Of a DNA stretch of 64,000 nucleotides, positions 13,751 to 28,149 are shown one piece after another. A program made the position numbers and the translations under genes. This DNA is from Rhizophagus irregularis (lineage: Eukaryota): the NCBI RefSeq assembly GCF_026210795.1, contig NC_089429.1, positions 1,922,001 through 1,986,000 on the forward strand, in the 5' to 3' direction. Positions within the stretch are counted from its first letter, which is position 1; the number at the start of each line of letters is the position of its first letter. The notes beneath the pieces are model-generated. The model saw nothing but the letters and a program-made list of their open reading frames with translations, was not told where the DNA came from and made no database searches.

Positions 13751-15301
13751 ATTGTTAAACGAAAAGAAAGGAGAGAAAAGGGGGATTCCGAAATTAGAAG
13801 TTACGCCATTTTATTATTTCATTTGTCAAACAAATATATTACACATGATCGCTATATAAAAATGTTGTGCGACAAAATTTATTTTATGTGAAGTCGGTAA
13901 GACTATCTTGTTGTGCGACAAAATATCGGAACTACAAACACCGAAGTGATACGATCACGTGACGACTCCAGATGGTGGTGTCCCGAAAATTAAAACAGTC
14001 TACATAGAATTCATACAAGCTTCAATGTGCACTAGCTTAGGGTTCTTGTGTTTTATAGCTGTTTTTTTAATATTGTAAACGGGTAATTAATTTTTTAGCC
14101 TATAACCTTTTGTATTGGAGTTGGAGGTTTTGAGATTTCCGATAAAACGTTAGGTTTTAAATAAAGTTATTGCGTTGTTGTCATGAATTTTGGAAAAAAA
14201 AAAGTTATTAATCATAAACAAATAAAAGTTAATATTACATTTTAAAGTATTTGTAAATAAAAAAAAAATGTGATCTTTTTATACTTTTTTTTAATGTATA
14301 TATATATATATTTTTTTAAGCCTATTAAAGTTATTTTTTGGTAAAGATTTTTGATAAATAATAAATCTGTTAAATTATATATATATATATATATATTTTT
14401 TATGGAGTTTTTTGATTTTTTTTTTTGATATTAAGTTTGCTAAAAATTTTTTTTTTTGGTAGATTTTATACTAGAAACCAACAATCCGTCGATTTCCTTC
14501 CTCTTATGTTCCGATATCCCATATAATGACTTGTCGGACTAGCATGTATAAATAGTTTTGAATTGTATAATATATTTTCTACTTGCACCTAATCTATTCC
14601 ATGTTAACTATTGTTAGTTTGTTACCGAAATTAGATCATTTGTTGATTACTAATTTTAATAATTTTAATTATTCTTTTTGGTTAGAATCATCGATCCTGA
14701 GAAGGTCGAATCAGTTATATTTTTTATAGACTGAACCCATTTTTTTTACGTGATTTTTTTTATATAAACATTTTTTCCCATTATTGCTTTTTTTTTGAAT
14801 TATTTTTATTTAATTATTTTTTTGTTGTAACTTTTTTTGTTTTAATATAATAAAAAATTCAATAACGTTTAGATTTAGCCTATATAAATTAATTTTGAAT
14901 TGCTGAGGTTAATCAGGAATTTTTTTTTTGTCAAATATTGAAATTTTTTCCTTTCTTTCGAACCGTCTGAATTTTTTCGATTCCCTTTTTTTTAATTTTC
15001 GTTTTTTTTTCTTGAACCGATCTTTTACTTTCAGTTCTTTCTTTTCTTTCAAATTTCTTCTTTTCTCTTTCGAAACACCTTTTTCTTTTCCATTTTTTAA
15101 AATTTTCATTTTTTTTCCTATTTTTTTTCATTCTTTCCCCGTTTAGATTTACATTATTTTTTTTCGGTCTTTGTTTTTAGACCGTATTATAAATTTTTTT
15201 TTGAATTTTTTTTTTCCGGTGTTTTTGGACCGAATTATTGTCTAAATTTTTTCAAAATTTTTTTCGGTACTTTTTTTTTCGGATTCTCTTTTTTTCGAAA
15301 A

Positions 15302-15705
15302 AAACTAACTAAATTCCTTATTTGAAAAATTATTTTATAAATGGCAAGTTATTTATTTAATTCTATTATTACTTATTTATATAATATTTGCATATAATTT
15401 AAACTAACTAAATTCTTTATTTAAAAAATAATTAATAATTTTAGTTTGTAAGTTATTTATTTAATTCTATTATTATTTATTTATATAATATTTAAACTAA
15501 CTAAATTCTTTATTTAAATAATTATTTTATAGATAGCAAGTTATTTACTTAATTCTATTATTACTTTTTCATATTTTAAACAAATTAAATTTTTATTTAA
15601 AAAATTATTTTATAGATCGTAAGTTATTTATTCAATCCTATTATTGCTTATTCATATAATATTTACATATAATTTAAACTAACTAAATTTCTTTATTTAA
15701 AAAGT
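15302..15705. repeat. AT-rich tandem repeat, ~85-100 bp unit, about 4 copies
   Basis: AAACTAACTAAATT...AAGTTATTTATTTAATTCTATTATT recurs at ~15302, 15401, 15494, 15578, 15676. Confidence 0.75.
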
Positions 15706-15786
15706 ATGTGGAAGATCATATCACTGCAACGAAAATTATGAAAAAATATTTAAGAGAACGTAAATTTATTGTTTTTAACTTGACAA

Positions 15787-15962
15787 TAGAGGTGCAAACT
15801 TTACCAACGTAACTGCCGTATCAAAGTCACGTCAATAACGTCACTGCAGATGCACATAGAAATTTTATAATAATTTATATAATATCGAGCTATGTCACGA
15901 GTTACAACCTTTCATTGACTTAATGAGTAACGTAGCTAATAAAGAAAAAGTCTGCACCCCTA
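15787..15962. mobile_element. hAT-type MITE (176 bp)
   Basis: TIR TAGAGGTGCAAACTTT / AAAGTCTGCACCCCTA; 8-bp TSD CTTGACAA on both sides. Confidence 0.85.
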
Positions 15963-17009
15963 CTTGACAAGGCCTGAATCCAATAAATTAGCTGTTAGGT
16001 AAGGTGGAATACGCCATTGGACCTTACCGGTGAGAAATACCCGAGCTAAGTAGACCATTGGTCGTGTCCTGAACTAGTTTCACGAAAAATGAATTTTTTT
16101 ATTTTATAGGCATAATAAATTAATAACATAATGTATAATGATTACAAAACTTTTTATAGTAACATCATGGACGTAACTTCATACAATTTTGACGTATGAC
16201 GTAATTAAAAAATAATCAAATCATTAAAATAAATAAGAATATTAAATAAATTAGCATATTTTTTATTATTCATATATAATTAAAAATAATAACAATTACT
16301 GCTTCTTTTAATTAACAGCATTATTTAACATTTTTCTATATGCAATTTTACTATTACTATTTACTAGTATATAAACGAAGGATATAAATTCATAATGATA
16401 GCAGGTAAACAATTTACTCTAATCTAGTATTTAAAACATTATCAACTAATGTATGTCAATAGGATCAAATTCCATATTATTTTTAACTTAGTATTAGGTA
16501 TATTTAGTTCTTCACGCAATCCATTTTCTCCATCCTGAAAGATTGGATTTTGTAGATCTATAAAATCTTCTAAAATTATAGTAAATTTCGAAACTTAAAA
16601 GCAGTTTTCAAATAAAAAATAAAAATAAAAAGTTTATATTATTTATATTAAGTATATTAAATTTAACAAATGTTTATTATATGTATAAAGTAAAAAATTT
16701 AAAAGTAATTACGTCAAAAGTTTATGTAAAGTCTAAAAATCTAAAAAATCCATATGGCACATGTCATTTATGGCGTCATACGACAATGTGACGCTACTGA
16801 CGGGACACCCCATTCAGGTGATCATCAAAGGTTATAACCTTACGATTTATGTCACAAATGCATAGGTTATAACCTTATATGGGCGGCCCATGGGCCATAA
16901 TTTAATGTCACGTGACCCAATTTTTAATTCTGGCCTGACATGCGCAATTTTGGCATGTTAATTTTGGAACACGTTACATGCGCTAATTACTGTACATATT
17001 ACCCAGATG

Positions 17010-17830
17010 TAACATGCGGTGATTCAGACGCATGTTATTCATCTGTAACATGCGATAAATTGGGCGCATGTTACCTATCTGTAACATGCAGTGATTCAGA
17101 CGCATGTTACGGATGGGTAATATGCGTTAATTCTGGCGCATGTTACTCATTCATAACATGTGCTAATTTGGGCGCATGTTACGCTTCTGTAACATGCGTT
17201 AATTCTGGCGCATGTTACTCATCCGTAATATGCGTTAATTCTGGCGCATGTTACTCATCCGTAACATGCGTTAATTCTGGTGCATGTTACTCATCCATAA
17301 CATGCGTTAATTCTGGCGCATGTTACTCATCCATAACATGCATTAATTTTGTCACATGTTACACTTCTGTAACATGCGTTAATTCTGGCGCATGTTACTC
17401 ATTCGTAACATGCGCTAATTTGGGCGCATGTTACGCTTCTGTAATATGCGTTAATTCTGGTGCATGTTACTCATCTGTAACATGCGCTAATTTAGACGCA
17501 TGTTACACTTCTGTAACATGCGTTAATTCTGGCGCATGTTACTCATTCATAACATGCGCTAATTTGGGTGCATGTTACGCTTCTGTAATATGCGTTAATT
17601 CTGGTGCATGTTACTCATCTGTAACATGCGCTAATTTAGACGCATGTTACGCTTCTGTAACATGCGTTAATTCTGGTGCATGTTACTCATCCATAACATG
17701 CGTTAATTCTAGTGCATGTTACGCTTCTGTAATATACGTTAATTCTGGCGCATGTTACTCATCCGTAATATGCGCTAATTTGGGTACATATTACTGGCGC
17801 ATGTTCCCTACAGTAACATGCAGTAACTCT
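17010..17830 (+). repeat. 36-bp minisatellite (GTAACATGCGTTAATTCTGGCGCATGTTACTCATCC), ~22 copies
   Basis: Direct tandem units seen; translate as a 12-aa repeat. Confidence 0.95.
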
Positions 17831-18749
17831 AGTTTATATTCCTTACTGTAACATACAGTGATTTTAGTACATATTTTTATATCCAAAATACCTCAAAATC
17901 AATGCATATTATATTATAGAATATTGCATATTATGCATTAGAAATATATATAACTTTATTAAAGATGGCTATTTTTTTAAAATCAAAAAAATAATAAAAC
18001 AATAAAAATAACAAAAAAAAAAATAAACAAAAAAAAATAAACAAAAAAAAAATAAAAAAAAATAAACAAAAAAAAAATAAACAAAAAAAAAATAAACAAA
18101 AAAAAAAATAAACAAAAAAAAAAAATAAACAAAAAAAAAAATAAACAAAAAAAAAAAATAAACAAAAAAAAATAAAAATAACAAAAAACAAATGATTTGC
18201 ATAGTATATTTTAAAATTTATAAGTAATTAATTTTATGATCATGTAAATCACTTTACTGATGCAAATATAATAATCATTTGTTTTTTCTTATTCCTATAT
18301 ATTTAATTTTTTCTTTTTCATTTTTTATTTTTTTTATTTTTTTTTTTATTAATTTTATTTTTTTTATAATTTTATTTTTTTTTTTTGCTAGTTTTATTTT
18401 TTTTTTTGTTAATTTTTTATTGTTTTGCTATTTTTTTGCTGAAAATACTATTTCAAATAAATATAACAATTTAATATGAATTTTCTACTATAATATGTAG
18501 TAATCATGGCACATATTCCAGATGCTGTATATTATTTATTAATAAAATATGAAGTAATTTAGCATATATTCCAATGTAAATTTATAATGTATTTACAACA
18601 ATTCTTGCATATATTCCTGATGTATAATATGCAATATTCTATAATATAATGCAGTGATTCTGGTAATACTTAGTTTAAATATTTGATGTTTTAAACATAA
18701 GAACATGTGTCAGAAATCAGAATCATTGTAGTAAGGAATATGCATCAGA

Positions 18750-19460
18750 GTTACTACTAGGAAACATGCGCCAGAATTAGTGCATATTACAGATGAGTAA
18801 TATGTGCCAGAATTAACGTATATTACAGAAGCGTAACATGCGCCCAAATTAGCGCATGTTACGAATGAGTAATATGCACCAGAATTAACGCATATTACAG
18901 AAGCGTAACATGCGGTAAAATTAACGCATGTTACGGATGAGTAACATGCGCCAGAATTAACGCATGTTACGGATGAGTAACATGTGCCAGAATTAACGCA
19001 TGTTACGGATGAGTAACATGCGCCAGAATTAACGCATGTTACGGATGAGTAACATGCGCCAGAATTAACGCATGTTACGGATGAGTAACATGCACCAGAA
19101 TTAACGCATATTACAGATGAGTAACATGTGCCCAAATTAGCGCATGTTACAGAAGCGTAACATGCGTCTAAATTAGCGCATGTTACGGATGAATAATATG
19201 CACCAGAATTAATGCATATTACAGAAGCGTAACATGCGCCCAAATTAGCGCATGTTATGAATGAGTAACATGCACCAGAATTAACGCATGTTACAGAAGC
19301 GTAACATGTGGCAAAATTAACGCATGTTACGGATGAGTAACATGCGCCAGAATTACGCATGTTACGGATGAGTAACATGCGCCAGAATTAACGCATATTA
19401 TGGATGAGTAACATGCGCCAGAATTAACGCATGTTACATCTGGATAACATGTACAGTAAT
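18750..19460 (-). repeat. Inverted copy of the 36-bp minisatellite, ~19 copies
   Basis: Reverse complement of the 17010-17830 array. Confidence 0.95.
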
Positions 19461-19797
19461 TAACGTATGTAATGTGTTCCAAAATTAACATGCCAAAATT
19501 GCGCATGTTGGGCCAGAATTAAAAATCAGGTCACGTGACATTAAATTATGGCCCATGGGCCGCCCATATAAGGTTATAACCTATGCATTTGTGACATAAA
19601 TCGTAAGGTTATAACCTTTGATGATCACCCGAATGGGGTGTGATGGGATGGGAAAATTCCATTTTTATAATAAATGAATAAATCGGAATTTTTGCTGTAT
19701 TATGGAATTTTCATAAATTTTAATGATTTTATTCCAACACGTGATAATTAACCAATCATAGATGTGGATTAGCGTATTTTAAAAAATTTTTTAAGGG

Positions 19798-21975
19798 ATG
19801 AAAATGAAATTTATCAAAATGCCTCCAACTTCAACGGTTACTGTTTTTTCGCGTGCACGAGAATTTTCTGAAGACTTTTTTGCGGATAATGGAAAACTCA
19901 TGTGCCATTTTTGTGATCATAGTATTAATTTTCAAACAAAAAATACAATTACTGCTCATATAGGTTCTAAAACACATATTCGTAATAAAAATGAGAAAAA
20001 AGAACAACAAATAAAAAAAAGACAACCAACTATTCAAACTATCCTTAATGCATCTGAAATTAAAAAAACTGCTGTAAATAATTTAGTAGATGCATTTGTA
20101 ACAGCTGATATTCCATTAGAAAAAATAGATAAACTTCAAAATTGGTTGTGTGAAAATTGTAATGAAGGAGGCTTTATTCCAAAATCAGATACTTTGCGTC
20201 GTGATTATTTACCAAAATTATTTGAAGATCATGTTAATCAACTCAAAGAATATTTTCGTGGCAGACAAGTTTCAATTATTATAGATGAAACTACAGATAG
20301 TAAAGCACGAAGTGTAGTTAATATACTTTTTAGCTATAATGGTGTAACAAAATTAGTTCATGTTGATTATTTAGAAAATGTTAACAATTGTACAATTGGA
20401 CAACTTTTAATTCAAACTTTGGTTCAATGGGGAATTTCTTTTGATCTACCACAACTAATTGCATCAGATTCTGCAGCCTATATGAAGAAATGCTATCGTG
20501 ATGTATTAAAACCACTCATGCCGCAACTAGTCCATCTGCCTTGTTTAGCACACATATTAAACCTTATTGGGTTAGTATATTTTTTATTTAATATAAATTA
20601 TTAATACATTAAAAAGTAATTTAAAATATTTTTATTTTTTAGAGAGGCGTGGGTGTCAATTAATTATTTTCAAGTTGTGCATCAATTACTTGCAAATATC
20701 AAACAAACTTTCGTCTATAGTAGAAGTCGAAAAGTACGTTACATATCATATCTTCAACGTCAAGGAGTATCTAATCCAAAAAATATACCTTTATCTAATA
20801 CAACAAGATGGAATACTTGGTTTCATATAGCATTTCATGTATATCAAAATTTGGATTATATTCGTGGATTTTATAATGAAGAAGGCAAAGAAAATTCAAC
20901 TCCAATAATTGAAAAGATAAATTCAGCTTTCACAGACCAACAAATCAATGGGCGTATTGAAATATATTTAACATTTATTCAGGAAAATGCACAGCAATTT
21001 GTAGCTGATCTTGATTTTTTTTAACAAGAAAATAAACCAATGTTTCCATTTATTGAACAAAGATTACAACAGCTTGAAGCACGAATAACTATGGGAAAAA
21101 CTATGACTAATGTTGGATCAACTATGGATTTAGTATTACAAAAATTTAATTTTCCTTTAACAGCATTTTGTCCAGTATTTCAACAAGCATATCACGCAGC
21201 TTACAAAAAACTTGAAGATCATGTATTACGTTCTTTATTTAGAGCTGTTCAAGTTTTTGACCCACGATTTTTATCATTAACAACTGCTAATCGAGATATC
21301 TACTCCTATAAAATTATTAGAGAACTGGCTAATCCATCAACGTTTCTTATTCAAGAATAGAGTTTGGAATCGATTAAGGTTAATCGATTAATTAATTGAC
21401 TAAGACGGTTAATCGATTAAGGTATCTCAAAAATCGGTTAATCGATTAAAATTATCAACCCATAATTCTGGTCAAATTATCTAATGCGGCCCAGAGCTGT
21501 GAATTTTTGGTCACGTGTTCTCCGAACTTGGAAGAATTTGTATTAATTTTTTAATGATAATAATAATAAATAAGACTTTCCTATAACTAAATTTATGATC
21601 AAAAACAATTTGGTGCAATCTGCGGTCAAAAAAAAAAAAATTTTTAATATTTTAATATTAATCGATTATTAATCGATTAAGGTTTTTTGGTCGGTTCCAA
21701 CCTCTATTCAAGAATGGTCAATTTATGTCAATATAAATTTAAATCTTATAGAATTTTCTGAATTAAATGAATTTTGGGATAAAGTTTCATTACAACTTCC
21801 TCTTTTAGAAAAAATAGCACAAAATTATATATGGTTGCCAATCTCTTCCTGTGCGGTAGAAAGAAGTTTTTCTGCATATAATAAAATTTTAGATGACGAT
21901 AGACAAAACTTAAGTCCAGAATCACTTAGATTTCTTACTATGATGTATTTTAATAACCAAAATAGTGATAAATAA
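19798..21975 (+). pseudogene. hAT transposase pseudogene (BED-like Zn finger, DDE core, hATC dimerisation domain)
   Basis: CHFC..H finger; IIDETTD, SDSAAYM, CLAHILNL, TRWNTW; intron 20571-20642; premature TAA 21022-21024; after MITE removal continues FWDK..LPLLEKIA..PISSCAVERSFS to TAA 21973-21975. Confidence 0.9.
21358..21706. mobile_element. hAT-type MITE nested in the hAT transposase
   Basis: TIR TAGAGTTTGGAATCGA / TCGGTTCCAACCTCTA; perfect 8-bp TSD TTCAAGAA. Confidence 0.92.
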
Positions 21976-22771
21976 TTACTATAATTAGTAAAATTTATAT
22001 TGGAATAAAATCAGAATTTTTGCTGTTATCGTGATAAAAATTTATGATTTGATATCGGAATATTCCCGGGTCTCTGACGGGACGTTGAAAATAATGACGT
22101 AACTACCTAAGGTTAAAAGTCTGCGACTAATAACCAGGTGATGTTTAGAGTATCACGTGCCTTTCGGGAACTATAATTCGTATTCACTGAACACATTATT
22201 TGGAGAAAATCAATCCAAGAGACCGGGCCACAGCTGACTTATTTCATCATGTGTATGAAAAAATTTTACCTGTAAAAATACTGAATATAAAAAAGGCAAA
22301 AATCTCGTACGTTACATGAGGGTGCAAAATGAAATTTTTTTATTGGAACTGTAAGTAATGTTCTACCAGGAGCACAAAATATATTTATCGCAGATAATGA
22401 ACTTATTTATAACACTGTTCACAAAGAAATTTTTTATAACGAACTAATTCTGTTTCTACCTTTCTTTCCCTATAGTTAAAATTTCAGAACATTTGTTACA
22501 AACATAACTCCAACGAGTAAAAAAAAAGAAACATAAGCGTTATTTATCACCTGACATCATTGTGAAAACTGTTACTTATTCTCTTTCAACTTCAGAAGAC
22601 GGTTTGTGTCTATTTTGATTAAAACTTATACTACGATTTTACAAATTTCACGGAAACGGTTTGTGTCTATTTTGATTAAAAATTATACTACGATTTTACG
22701 AATCTCCTTTATACGTATAATAAGGCTCCATCTCTCGAAAGACTCTACCAAGAGATTCTTGCATATTTACT

Positions 22772-22958
22772 TGGAGCTGCTTGTCGAAATTAGTGAATTT
22801 CATCATGTCAAAATTGTCAAAATTATTTTTCTATTTCGTCATTTGCATTTTGGTCAATTTTACTAATAGAATAATTTCGTCATTTCGTCATATTGAAATA
22901 TCGAAATTATATTTACCATTTCGGCAATGGCCTTTTTATTTTCGGCAAGCAACTTTAG
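22772..22958. mobile_element. Probable MITE related to the 48973 family
   Basis: Ends TGGAGCTGCTTGTCGAAA / TTTCGGCAAGCAACTTTA are imperfect inverted repeats; TSD unclear. Confidence 0.5.
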
Positions 22959-24167
22959 AGCTGCATCACAAATTCCAACTCAAAAGGAAACAGGCCGATA
23001 CTGGTTCAAAAAACAAGAACGAATACAACATAGATATACTCAACTTGTAATTCATTGGTTGTAACTTATGGAATGTGTCAGGCTTTACAGAATGTATAAC
23101 TACAATACCATTTCATTGTCACCTAATATTTGCGAACAAATATCGTCACCTCTTCAAGGGCCCGTTTAACGTTTCGTTTTACAAACTGATAGGCAGCCCA
23201 TCTTGCATCAGAACTATTTTCCGGGTGATTTTCCATTTCCTTACACACCCATGCCAAAATTCACGAATGAGTACGCCATTATACACATATTCTTATACAG
23301 ATTTTTCGAAGAAATCCAGACTCCGTTTACTTTATTTTTTCGTATACTTCTTCTGGGTGAAATGAATCCATGTTTTTATCGTGATTAGCAGTTAGTGCCT
23401 AGTTACAACTGAAAAATAGTTATACGCCTGCCACATAAGAGACTGAGCAGAGAGTAAATCAGAACTGGGTAAGAATTTCGGGAACATATGATTATAAAGT
23501 TATAGCCGCAGATGTTGCTGCTAGAAGTGAATTGTGACAACGACAAATTTGTAGAACATACCAAATATCGCCTAGAGAGCTCATGTAGTATGACGCCAGC
23601 AGATTACCCTAGTAGTCAGTAGCTTTTTTAATGAAACCATCATTGGCGAAATTCTTGACCCCCGTTCTCTATTGTAACATAACTAGTCATACCATTCTCA
23701 TAGTAAATACTTTCTCTAAAGGATACGGTAGGGATGCCAAAAGATTATGGGACTCAGGCAAATAGATCCTCTACTGTAAAAGCAAGAAAAAACAAATAAT
23801 CAACAACAGTCCAGAACAAGATGCGTGAATACTTACCAAGTGCAAGTAGCAGTGACTTATTAAGGTAACGTTATGCGATTACGAAACGGGAATCTTAGTG
23901 ACTGTTTTAGACAGTTCCTATTTCTTCGGGAAAGATATATCCATACTGTCTTGTGTTACAATACCACTAACTGATATTTATATCCACCATAAGAGGCGAT
24001 GTAATATCCGAAATTTTAGCGACCAGAAGTCGTCAAAGTCATGCAGTAGTTCATGCTCAGCATTCTGAGAATAAAGAGCAGATAATGCCTATAATCTCCT
24101 GGTAAAAAGTGTCATCCCTAATTAAACAAAGAAAATACGTATATTGCATCTAATATTGATAGTTCGA

Positions 24168-25049
24168 ATGGAGTTGAAAAACATTGCAATACATGAAATG
24201 ATCTCTACTGAGATCAAAGTCAAGGTAGAAACAAAAGATGATGAAGTGAAAATTAATGAACTCATTTCGGTTCTTTCTTCTGGTGAAAAAAACAGGTATA
24301 TATCCAAAGTTAAAAAATTGACATTAGGGGTTAATTATGAGACATTTCCCGATACTGGACTATCCGATACTGGACTATACGACGATGTTATTGGCGAAGA
24401 ATGGTGGGATAATTCGTGCAATACTGTGATTAAACTATTAATCGAAAATAATCATCTGAATTTGGAATGTTTCACCCTCTACTGTTTTGAAATTGGGAGG
24501 ATTGACCTTTCAGAATTAATCTCTACTAATAGTAAAACACTTAAAGAAGTTCAAGTATTCACAATGTGCGGAAAGATCACGGATCAACATATAAACATGT
24601 TTAGCAAACACTGCAATAACTTGGAATTTTTCTCTATGACGGTTCATCCGCTTAATTGCTTTGAAGTTAATAGGTATATTACAGACAAGGCAGTAATAAG
24701 ACTCGTTTCCGCAAATCCAAAGATAAAATATTTAGATCTTGGTTCGTGTGAAAAGTTAACAAATATATCTCTAGAATGTATCGCTTTGTTTTGTGAGCAT
24801 ATCTGAGAAATAGACTGTTTTAGTACTAGCCGTATAACGGATGTGGGCCTTTACATACTTTTTGAAAAAGTAGGAAAGGAATTGCAAGGAATTTCATTGA
24901 ATAGGACCCAAATTACCAAAAATGCACTAAATCTCTTCCCTAGTAGTGAGCAATTAAAACGAGTCTCATTAGAGGGTTGTAGTCATATTTCACCCCAAGA
25001 TATAAACGCCATCAAAGGTCTTATGCCAAAGACTAACTTCATTTACTAG
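24168..25049 (+). pseudogene. Cysteine-containing LRR (AMN1/FBXL-like) protein with one in-frame stop
   Basis: LRR motifs ITDQHI, LDLGSCEKLTNISL, VSLEGCSHIS; TGA 24804-24806 is in frame with the 24843 ORF. Confidence 0.7.
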
Positions 25050-27874
25050 TAAGAAATCCTTGAACAGAATTTTGGTAAAAATGACACCGAAAATCCGATA
25101 AGATAGTTCCACAACATAGCCGTATCTTAATGGATGAAACGGGAAAAAAAGCACGACTTAGTAGAACTATAATACGTACTGTATAAACTTATACCTAGCT
25201 TTTACTGCCCTATAGACGTAACGCAGGGATTTTTTAGCAATGTTTTTACTATCCCTATGTGTGTAGATGTTTAATGCTTTGCTAGCATTGTCTATATCAA
25301 AGCTTTCATGGCTCCGCCAGGACAATACCGCATGAACCTATGGTGTTTTCAACTCATTCTGCGCTATTCATGACTACATTACTATGTGGAGTACTTTGAT
25401 ATACTCTCTGTGGCTAGAAATAACAAATAAAACTCTTAAAAATAGCACTACATACGTAGGTCTGCGGGAATTTTCATACTATTCCTCGGTAACGATGTAA
25501 AAAAACAGATAGAATATCCAGCATGACCCCGCATGAATTTACATTCTTCAGTAATGATTGTTAATTTATCTGCGGATACCACTAGACGGAGCCTACGAAG
25601 TAAATTTACATAGTCCCACTGGTTACTATTTTCCGTAAGATCATAAAATATGTAATTTTTGTGTTATTGTTTTTCGGTAACGATTGAAATTGACACGCAT
25701 ATTGCACCGTGCAGTAGATGGTTACTACTCTCTGAGTACGAAGGTAAATCATAGTATCCAATACTGTTGTACTACTCTTCGGTGATGATGGAAAAATATT
25801 GCATATGATTTCGCTGCATATTGTTTGTGTAATTTAATGAATGAGTTACCACTTTTCGGTAACGATAAATTACTACTACATAACATATTACGCAATAGAT
25901 TACACTAGTTACTATTCATTAGCACGATGGTAATTTGTAGCTATATAGCTCTCATGCAATAACTAATGTAGTCATGGCGTATTGCATTGGTGAGCATTAT
26001 TTTTCCTTCGAAAAGAGGCGAAATATGTACCCTTTGGGTGGTTATACTAGGTTATACCCTGAGCGTCTTGCCCTACCCATAAAACCAAATGTTTTATATA
26101 GGAGATCTGCTCCTATGGGTACTACGTAAATTCCATCCTTTACGCTTTTAGCCTATGAACGTAGGTTCTTAGAACCTCCTCCCTCTACGCTTTTAGCGCC
26201 CTTCAGGTAATTTCATGGAATGGGCCGAAGGCCCCTCGTTCCTTGAAAAATCATAGAGATTTTTTTGCGACCATGGATCTATTAATCATAACGTATAAAT
26301 GATGGTTATTACAAACCCATTAATGGGTACATACCTTCTAGGACTTCGTCCTAGTTACTCCAGTTCTACTTCGTACCCGGAGGGTAGATAGAATCTAGGG
26401 CAAGACGGTCAGGCTAAAGCCTCCTCGTTCCTCGAAAAATCACTTCTTTGAATGTCCTAATGGACTAAAGATTTTTTTTGTATTCATTTGTCTATTATTT
26501 ATTTATGGAATTGATAATGTATGAGAATTGTAAAAATAAATACAGGGCGCACCCTATGGGTGGTTTTACTGGTTGAGCGGCAAGAGTATAACTAGGCAAA
26601 GCCCACGCTCATGTACTCCGTAGAACTGGATTGACCTTATGAACACATTTCCTAAGACCTTTGCAGAGGAAGTTCCCTCTGGGGAGGGGGGAGAAATGTA
26701 TCCATTAATTGGTTATCGATAACAATTGTTTCTACGTTAAGAGTAATAGGCATGGTTGAGCGGCAAGACGGTCAGTTCATAGGCTCAAAGGTCTTAGGAA
26801 ATGCCTGGAGGGTATTGCGAAGCAATGTGTTCCTAATGCAATATACCGTCCAATATAGCCATTTCCCATGGACATCATTTCGAATAATTTTGCTCTTCGA
26901 GCAGGTTCTGACTGGTTACCACAGTATATACTTTTTTTACTGAAAAAAGAAACTCATATCGGCGTGTATGTCCATTAGTATTCCACGGAATTTTTAATTA
27001 CAGTACCATAAAATGTTAATACATACGGAAGAAGACATAATCTCTTCCCAAAATTATATAACGATATAATGACAGATGTTTTTTAGTCTCGATATTTTTT
27101 CATACATATGGAGAAGACATGTCGTATACGCATCGTATTTTCGGATAAGTGCTGTAACAGATTCAGCAGAAACAAATTATAATGTTATGTAAGACCAAAG
27201 GAGATAGATTATGGTAACTATATATTAAGAATAATGCCATTTATACTTTCCTTGGAATTATTGGTCAACTCCCATATTAGTTCACTTTAAACAATTAGCG
27301 ACCAGTAGTGTTTTAAATTAGCACACAGAGAGGTGCTCATAATTACCTTATCCGAAGTCAATGATGCGGTACCAGAAGTATCTGTCAGCACTTTATGAAG
27401 TGGAGAGGGTGATATAAAAAAGGATAAATGTTGTTTATTCTATGTCGCTCACAAATATCCCGTGCCATCCCTGTAATTTATGTATTATTAAAGTTTGAAA
27501 GAAATAAGAAATTTTGCTGCAGCATTGCTTTGCGTTTTCAGATCAATCATTTCACCTAATTTGTATGACACAATGATTCCTTTGCTCACATGTGTCATTA
27601 GTCTAGATACACGTTTTATTTATAAACGCAAATCCTAATCAGAATAAAAACAGCATTCACTTAGCTGCCATAGCTGTCTCAAAAAACAGTGAAACTGTGC
27701 GAAGCACAAACATTTGTATAAGGATTTCTGCGTTAATAGAATATACTGCCAAGTTTCATTCGAACGTATCAGTAATTGTTGACAAAAAAATGAACAGAAA
27801 ATTTGGGGGATATTCCTAGACTAATTATATGGGGTTTCTACTGGTTACTACAGTGATTATGCATATGGTATTGA

Positions 27875-28149
27875 TTAGGCCGTTCCAACTTGATTATTTG
27901 TTTAACGTCTACCACCCCCCTCTATTTTTTAAAAAATTTGAGATCTAATAAACACATATTATTAAATACCCCCTCTATTTTTGAAAAAATTTAAAAGCTA
28001 ATAAACATATAATGATAAATAATCCCTTCTGAAATTTTCAAATTTTCCTATGTTTATTTATTTAGTTTGTTTAACTTAAGCCCCCCTCCCCCCTTAATTT
28101 TTTCAAAAGGCCTGGACGTTAAACAAACAATTAAGTTGCAACAGCCTTA
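27875..28149. mobile_element. MITE with ~35-bp imperfect TIRs
   Basis: TTAGGCCGTTCCAACTTGATTATTTGTTTAACGTC versus GACGTTAAACAAACAATTAAGTTGCAACAGCCTTA. Confidence 0.7.

Larger units (their letters stand above)
16806..19640. mobile_element. Foldback-like non-autonomous element (2.8 kb, near-complete palindrome) with 36-bp hairpin tandem arrays
   Basis: Ends CACCCCATTCAGGTGATCATCAAAGGTTATAACC / GGTTATAACCTTTGATGATCACCCGAATGGGGTG; long inverted arms; flanked by TGACGGGA / TGATGGGA. Confidence 0.9.
19651..22076 (+). mobile_element. Decayed hAT transposon (CGGBP1-like transposase)
   Basis: Right end GGAATATTCCCGGGTCTCTG, left end GGAAAATTCC (partly truncated TIR); flanks ATGGGATG / ACGGGACG, an 8-bp TSD with CpG decay. 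Confidence 0.75.

Noticed and set aside
16940..17851. Cys-rich 303-aa ORF (and its mirror 18710-19378) as a metallothionein or antifreeze gene
   Set aside because: Best explained as a by-product of a stop-free 36-bp repeat present on both inverted arms; no independent coding evidence
14909..18479. Phe- or Lys-rich short ORFs
   Set aside because: Translations of poly-T and poly-A low-complexity tracts
17010..19460. 36-bp palindromic repeats as a CRISPR array
   Set aside because: Units are contiguous with no unique spacers, there are no cas genes, and they lie in the arms of a eukaryotic foldback element
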